NCBI RefSeq assembly: GCF_963921235.1
Contig: NC_086109.1
Location: forward strand, 16,618,001 to 16,682,000
DNA: 64,000 nucleotides
Direction of reading: 5' to 3'
Source of the DNA: Mobula hypostoma
Lineage: Eukaryota
The notes under the pieces are model-generated. The model was not told where the DNA came from. It searched no databases and saw only the letters and a list, made by a program, of their open reading frames with translations. Below are positions 59,123 through 64,000 of this stretch, in pieces; positions within the stretch are counted from its first letter, which is position 1; every line of letters starts with the position of its first letter. Both the position numbers and the translations under genes were made by a program.

Positions 59123-59404
59123 CCCAGATATAAGACATTCAAGCACATCCTCCACTGTGAACCACTGCTCAAAACTAGTTGTAAATTCGTGCAGGTTTTG
59201 GAGATGAGGACTGGTGAGTCCATGGATGGTTTGGCTTTCCTGAAAAGATTTTCCAATCCTTTCAAATCTATCCAGCCAAGAATAGGTATAACAGATCAAA
59301 AGCTTCATAAGTTCTCAATGTTCCACCATTGCAGTAGTCTGGAGGTGAATTAATTCAGAACATATCAGTAAAAGAAATATTTATACATTATGGGTATCCA
59401 TAAG

Positions 59405-60125
59405 AATGAGCACAGACACTAAACTTTCTTATTTCAGGTATCACATTCCCATTGTATTTCTTTCCCACTCCCACCTGTTCATCCGGGTTCTCACTCTGTT
59501 TACTCACCTAATCTATCCCTCCCTCCACTTGTCACCTAGACTCATTGTCCTCCCTCACCTGGTTCCCACTTCCCATCACTCGCATACTAACCTAGCTTGG
59601 TTTACTCTCTGGGTTCACTGGATACTCTCCCTCACTCATTTGGCTCTATTTTCCATTCATCCCTCCCTCGTCTGCCGATCATCCTCGCCCTAGCTTGTGT
59701 CTCCACCGTGCCTCACTGGTTTTATCAGCCTACTTCTCCTACCCTTGTCTATATCCACCTAATTCCGCCTCAGCATCAACAGTCCACAGTCTCCCTCCCC
59801 CTCCTGGCTCAACCAGCCATCAACCTCCCCACCCCCACCTCACACCCACCAGCCCCTTTCTCAACACTCCATGCTCTGTGTCCCCATCTGCCATTATCAC
59901 CCCCCCAGCTCCCCTCCTTATCGGATTCCACCAAGCACCTACCAGTCTCTATTCTCAGGCCACCCTCTCAGTTCTATATGTTGGCTATCTTCCCTCTTCC
60001 CTCCCAATTTTGCTGTGTCTCACCCCAAAATGTTGACCAACTCCTTGCCTCTACAGTCAAGCTCTTCCAACAGTAGGTGTTTGTCTCCAGACTCCCTAGA
60101 TTCCTGCACCTGCAGTCTTGTGCTT
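59405..60125 (+). mobile_element. Old PLE 3' end with long pyrimidine-rich UTR
   Basis: Starts like the GIY-YIG end ('actttcttatttcaggta'), ends 'gtctcaccccaaaatgttgacc...agattcctgcacctgcagtc'. Confidence 0.5.
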
Positions 60126-60289
60126 CCTCTGATCTCAGACCAATACTGGAGACTCACAGATTCGCACACCGCAGAGCAAAGTGGAGGATGTGCAGATAGC
60201 AAGGAGAATGCAGGTCTAAGCTGGTAGAAAGCTCAGTGAGTTGATGTCGAGTAGGGAGGATGAAGGGGGACAAAAAACAAGAAGCTTCA

Positions 60290-62260
60290 CGCCAATTAGC
60301 ATTACACTTGTCATTGGGAAAACAGTCAAAGACATTATTAAAGATGGCATAGCAAGCCACTTAGAGAATATTAAGGGTAGTTAGGCATAGTCAGCATGGT
60401 TTTGTGAAAGCAAAATCATGTTTGACCAACTCAGTTGTGTCCTTCGAAAAGTAACATGTGTTGTGGGTATAGGATGAGTCTATTAATATTTATTGAAGGT
60501 ATTAGATAAGGCTTTGTGCCAAAATCATTGAAGAAATAACAGTTGTTTACAGGACACCACAACTCATGTTCTCAGTATTATTTATTAATTTCTTTTCTGA
60601 GCTCAAGCTGGTAAAAAATAGAAAACAAATTATTATTTAAAATATTATTAAACATTTTGATTAATATTATTTTATTTTGTATTTGAACAGTTTGCCTTCT
60701 TTAGCACATCGGTTGTGTGTGGTGTTTCATCGATTCTATTGTATTGCTTTGTTCTACTATGAATGCCTGCAAGAAAATGAATCTCAGGGTGACATATACA
60801 TATTTTGATTTTAAATTTAATTTGAACTTTAATGTGCATAGAGGATTGACTGACTAACAAGGAAAAGAAATGCTGGAGCAACTCAACATAACAGGCACAT
60901 CTGTGGCGAGAAATGGACAGTAAACATGTCGGTCAAGACCCTTCATCTGGTTGGAAGACAGCCCCGGAAAAAGAGAACAAGCATAAGTAAATCTTTTTCT
61001 GATTGGCAAAATTGTAGTATTCCTCAGGGAATGGTGCTGAAGCTTCAATTTTGCCAATTTGCATAAATGACTGGGATGAAGCAGCTAAATTTTCCAATGA
61101 TGCAAAGTCATGGAGGAAAGAGGACAAGAAAGAAGGTTACAGAGGCATATAAATAGTTGAAGTAGGCAAAGATATGGCAAGGGGAATATAATTTGGAGAA
61201 CACCCTGTACAGCCCTTGAATCTGATCCTCCACTTAATAAGATCATGGCCGACCTAACTATGACATTAATCTTCATTCACGTCTACCTGTGGTAACCTCT
61301 CACCTTTTCACATATTATGAATCTATTAATATCTGCCGTGACTGGCAGAAAGAATTAAAAAGAATGATTGGAGATTGCAGGATACTGAGATGCAGAGAGA
61401 TCTGGGTGTCCTCACAAAAGGTTAATATAAGATGAGAACAATGCTAACAGAATGCTACCATTTGTTGCCAGGGGTTTGTAGACAGGTTAAGCTTCAGATG
61501 AGATAATTCTGCAGTATGATTGCTCTCCTTATTTAAGAAAGGAGGTTAATGCACTGGAAGCAATTTATAGAAAATTTATTGGACTAGCACCTGGAATGGG
61601 ATAGTATTTTACAAGGAAAGATGAGACAGGCTAGGTTTGTCTTTGTTGGAGTTTAAAAGAATAGGGATAGACTTCCCTGAAAATGTATATGTCACCCTGA
61701 GATACATTTCCCTGAACATATAATATCCTGAAGGGTCTTGATAGAGTATATGTGGAGGGGACTTCTCTTATTGTGGGCGAATCTAGAACTTAGCGCTCAA
61801 TGTCTAAAACAATGAATCGTTCATATAAGATAGCAATTCAGATTCAGATTTATTGATCACATTGAAACATACAGTGAAATGCATCTTTTGTGTTAACAAC
61901 CAACACATCCAAGGGTATGTTAGGGGCAGCCTGCAAGTGTGGCCACACATCCCAACCGCCAACATAGCATGCCAACGGCGTTCGGCAGAATAACAGAGAG
62001 CACAACAAAACGGAAGACAACAAGCAACAAAACACCAACAGCAAAATAAAGTGAACATGAGGACTGTAAATGTTTAGAACTCTTCTCTTCATAGTCTTTG
62101 ACAATTTTAAGGCATATTTTAATAGACCCATGATAAGCAAAAAGGTAAGCAGTTAACACCATTAAGCATGAATGAAAATTAAGATTGCGATTAAGTCGAC
62201 CATGATCTTATTAAACAGGCAATCAGACCCAAAAGTTCAGTAACCTATTCATCCTCATAA
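60290..62260 (+). mobile_element. Old fragmented CR1 with several nested insertions
   Basis: PISITLVIGKTVKDIIKDGIASHLE, SQHGFVKAKSCLTN, then 'gagatgcagagagatctgggtgtcc' and 'gggcgaatctagaact'. Confidence 0.65.
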
Positions 62261-63292
62261 TTCACGTTTGTGTGTTCCTATGTGTAAAGAAGATACTTCA
62301 GAAGGTTAAAGGATTTGAGCTGGCAGGATTTGCCCAAGGCAGATGGCAGGGAGGAGAAGCAAGTAAGGCATTTGTAGCTGGGTATAAGGATTTTGAACCT
62401 TATGTGGTTGGCCATGAAGAATCAAAGAAAGTCAGCTGGGAGATGGAGAGCCTAATCGTATGTTTTTCTTCCATCTGGGCTTTCTGTGGCACCAGTCCCA
62501 CACCAACACAGATGATTCAGAGAGCACATGCTGTTGGGTCAGCTGGTCATGCAGAATAAATAACAGCAACACCCACAACATGAAAATTATGCCTTTTTAA
62601 AAGGATGACATTTTCTTTTAATTGAAGAACCATGGTTCAGGGTTCCGGATGCTATAAAGATTGGCTAATGCAGCACAGACCCGGGACTGAACTTTTTGCT
62701 TCACCGCGTTTCATAGCCGTGTGCCGGTTGTTCTGATAAAACTGATGTATTTTCTTCAGACTTCACCTCTTGCACCAGGCAGCGCTCACAAATGAGTTAA
62801 CAACGATTTAGAAGCAAGAACCGATGCCAGTTCTACCCCTGTGAAAGGGGTAAAACACCATTGCTTCCACTTGCAGAGTTTTAACAGTAACATTGAACCT
62901 GTCTAGGATTGCAGCTTTTGATAGTTTTAACTGATGCAATGCCAAACGGTTGGGTTTGTAATTAATATTCTATTTATGTATTAGTGGCTAAACCTGCAAA
63001 ATCCTGGAAGTTCTGGTTTTGTTCTTAGATCTATCAAATCTGATGTTGTTTGAACCGGAGGACAGATGGAAATCGGCCCCATGGGTCGTGACAGCTGAAT
63101 AGCTCTGAGAGGCAACCAGGAATAAAGTGATAAAAGTTCAAAAATATTGCAGTTTGTGAATTTTTTTTAAAAAGTCAAAAGTTATTCCCATACTTTGTTA
63201 TATCTTTATATTACCACTAAATGTGTGGTAAATAGGCCAAGTTGTAAATGGCCTTGTTAAAATTAAAAGGACAGAGGATTAACTTCATACAC

Positions 63293-63499
63293 TTTGTTAT
63301 TGTTCCTTTCCACGCCTTGTTGTGCATCGGGCATCAATCTTGCTGTTTCTTCAGCATTTTGTCTGTTTTCTATGAGGCTGTGTTGCCAGCACGATGCTCC
63401 CCCCGCACGGATGGAAAGCGTGCAAGGAGACAGTCGGATTGGAACCCGGGCCCACTCATCTCAAAGTCCGGTGCAGGTGCCACTACACCACTGGCCAGC
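63293..63499 (-). mobile_element. tRNA-derived SINE (same family as 12221-12438)
   Basis: 'gatggaaagcgtgcaaggag...attggaacccggg...gccactacaccactggccagc'. Confidence 0.7.
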
Positions 63500-64000
63500 T
63501 ACATGTACATTTTACACGTGCTGCATTAGGAATTTGCTGCGGTGTGTTGCCATGACATGCAACAAAAAGCCACAACATTCAACAACGGTAGAACTAAGGA
63601 ATTACATACCTGTACATTTAATATGTTTGAGGAATCTGTTGTGTTACGTTGATCAGGGCACGACATGCATCAAAAATCGACATTCAACAATGAGAATAAA
63701 GGATTGTATACTGTATAAAATAATGTTAGAGGCTAAAGTATGGATATATGAAAAAAAAATGCATAAATGCATAAATCTCAGCACGTATTTATAATGTAAA
63801 TAGCATTATAAAAAATGGTTTAAAGTGTCCAGTGCAGTGACAGGCTGACTAGAATGGTTAATCAGATTAACTGTCTGGGGGAAGTTACCTTTAAGATGGC
63901 GTGAAGTTTTTGCTTCAATAGCCTTATGGCACTTGCCAGAAGGGAGCTTTTGGAAAAGACAGTTTGCTGCGTGGGTAGTGGCCACAATGATTTTTCCCGC

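Noticed and set aside
63294..63794. 166-aa ORF
   Set aside because: Antisense SINE plus repeat-like sequence; no protein motif.
1..64000. CRISPR array, retron/DGR or other prokaryotic RT system; intact autonomous element; host gene
   Set aside because: No regular repeat-spacer array or operon structure; all RT pieces are truncated or disrupted eukaryotic LINEs; no supportable coding exon, though very short exons could be missed by eye.

Overview
Non-genic (intergenic or deep intronic) vertebrate DNA made almost entirely of nested, mostly decayed transposable elements. The repeat mix (HE1-type V-SINEs, CR1 LINEs, Deu-domain SINE relics) points to a cartilaginous fish, probably a ray; this is inferred from repeat content. 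I found no supportable host exon, rRNA, tRNA or CRISPR array. The recognisable ORFs come from CR1, Rex1/Babar or RTE LINEs, or from Penelope-like (PLE) GIY-YIG endonucleases. Most notable: (1) about a dozen minimal type I hammerhead-ribozyme motifs in PLE termini, in two structural families; (2) PLE insertions shaped as fold-backs, mini-palindromes and a 135-bp ribozyme-only unit with a perfect 11-bp TSD; (3) an old inverted duplication with ~530-bp arms at 56.6-59.1 kb; (4) a ~70-nt hairpin in a repeat-poor island at 20.3 kb; (5) in-window evidence for modular SINE construction (RTE 5'UTR/3' pieces, CR1-versus-Rex tails). Family names come from recognition by eye, not database searches. Boundaries without a stated TSD are approximate.
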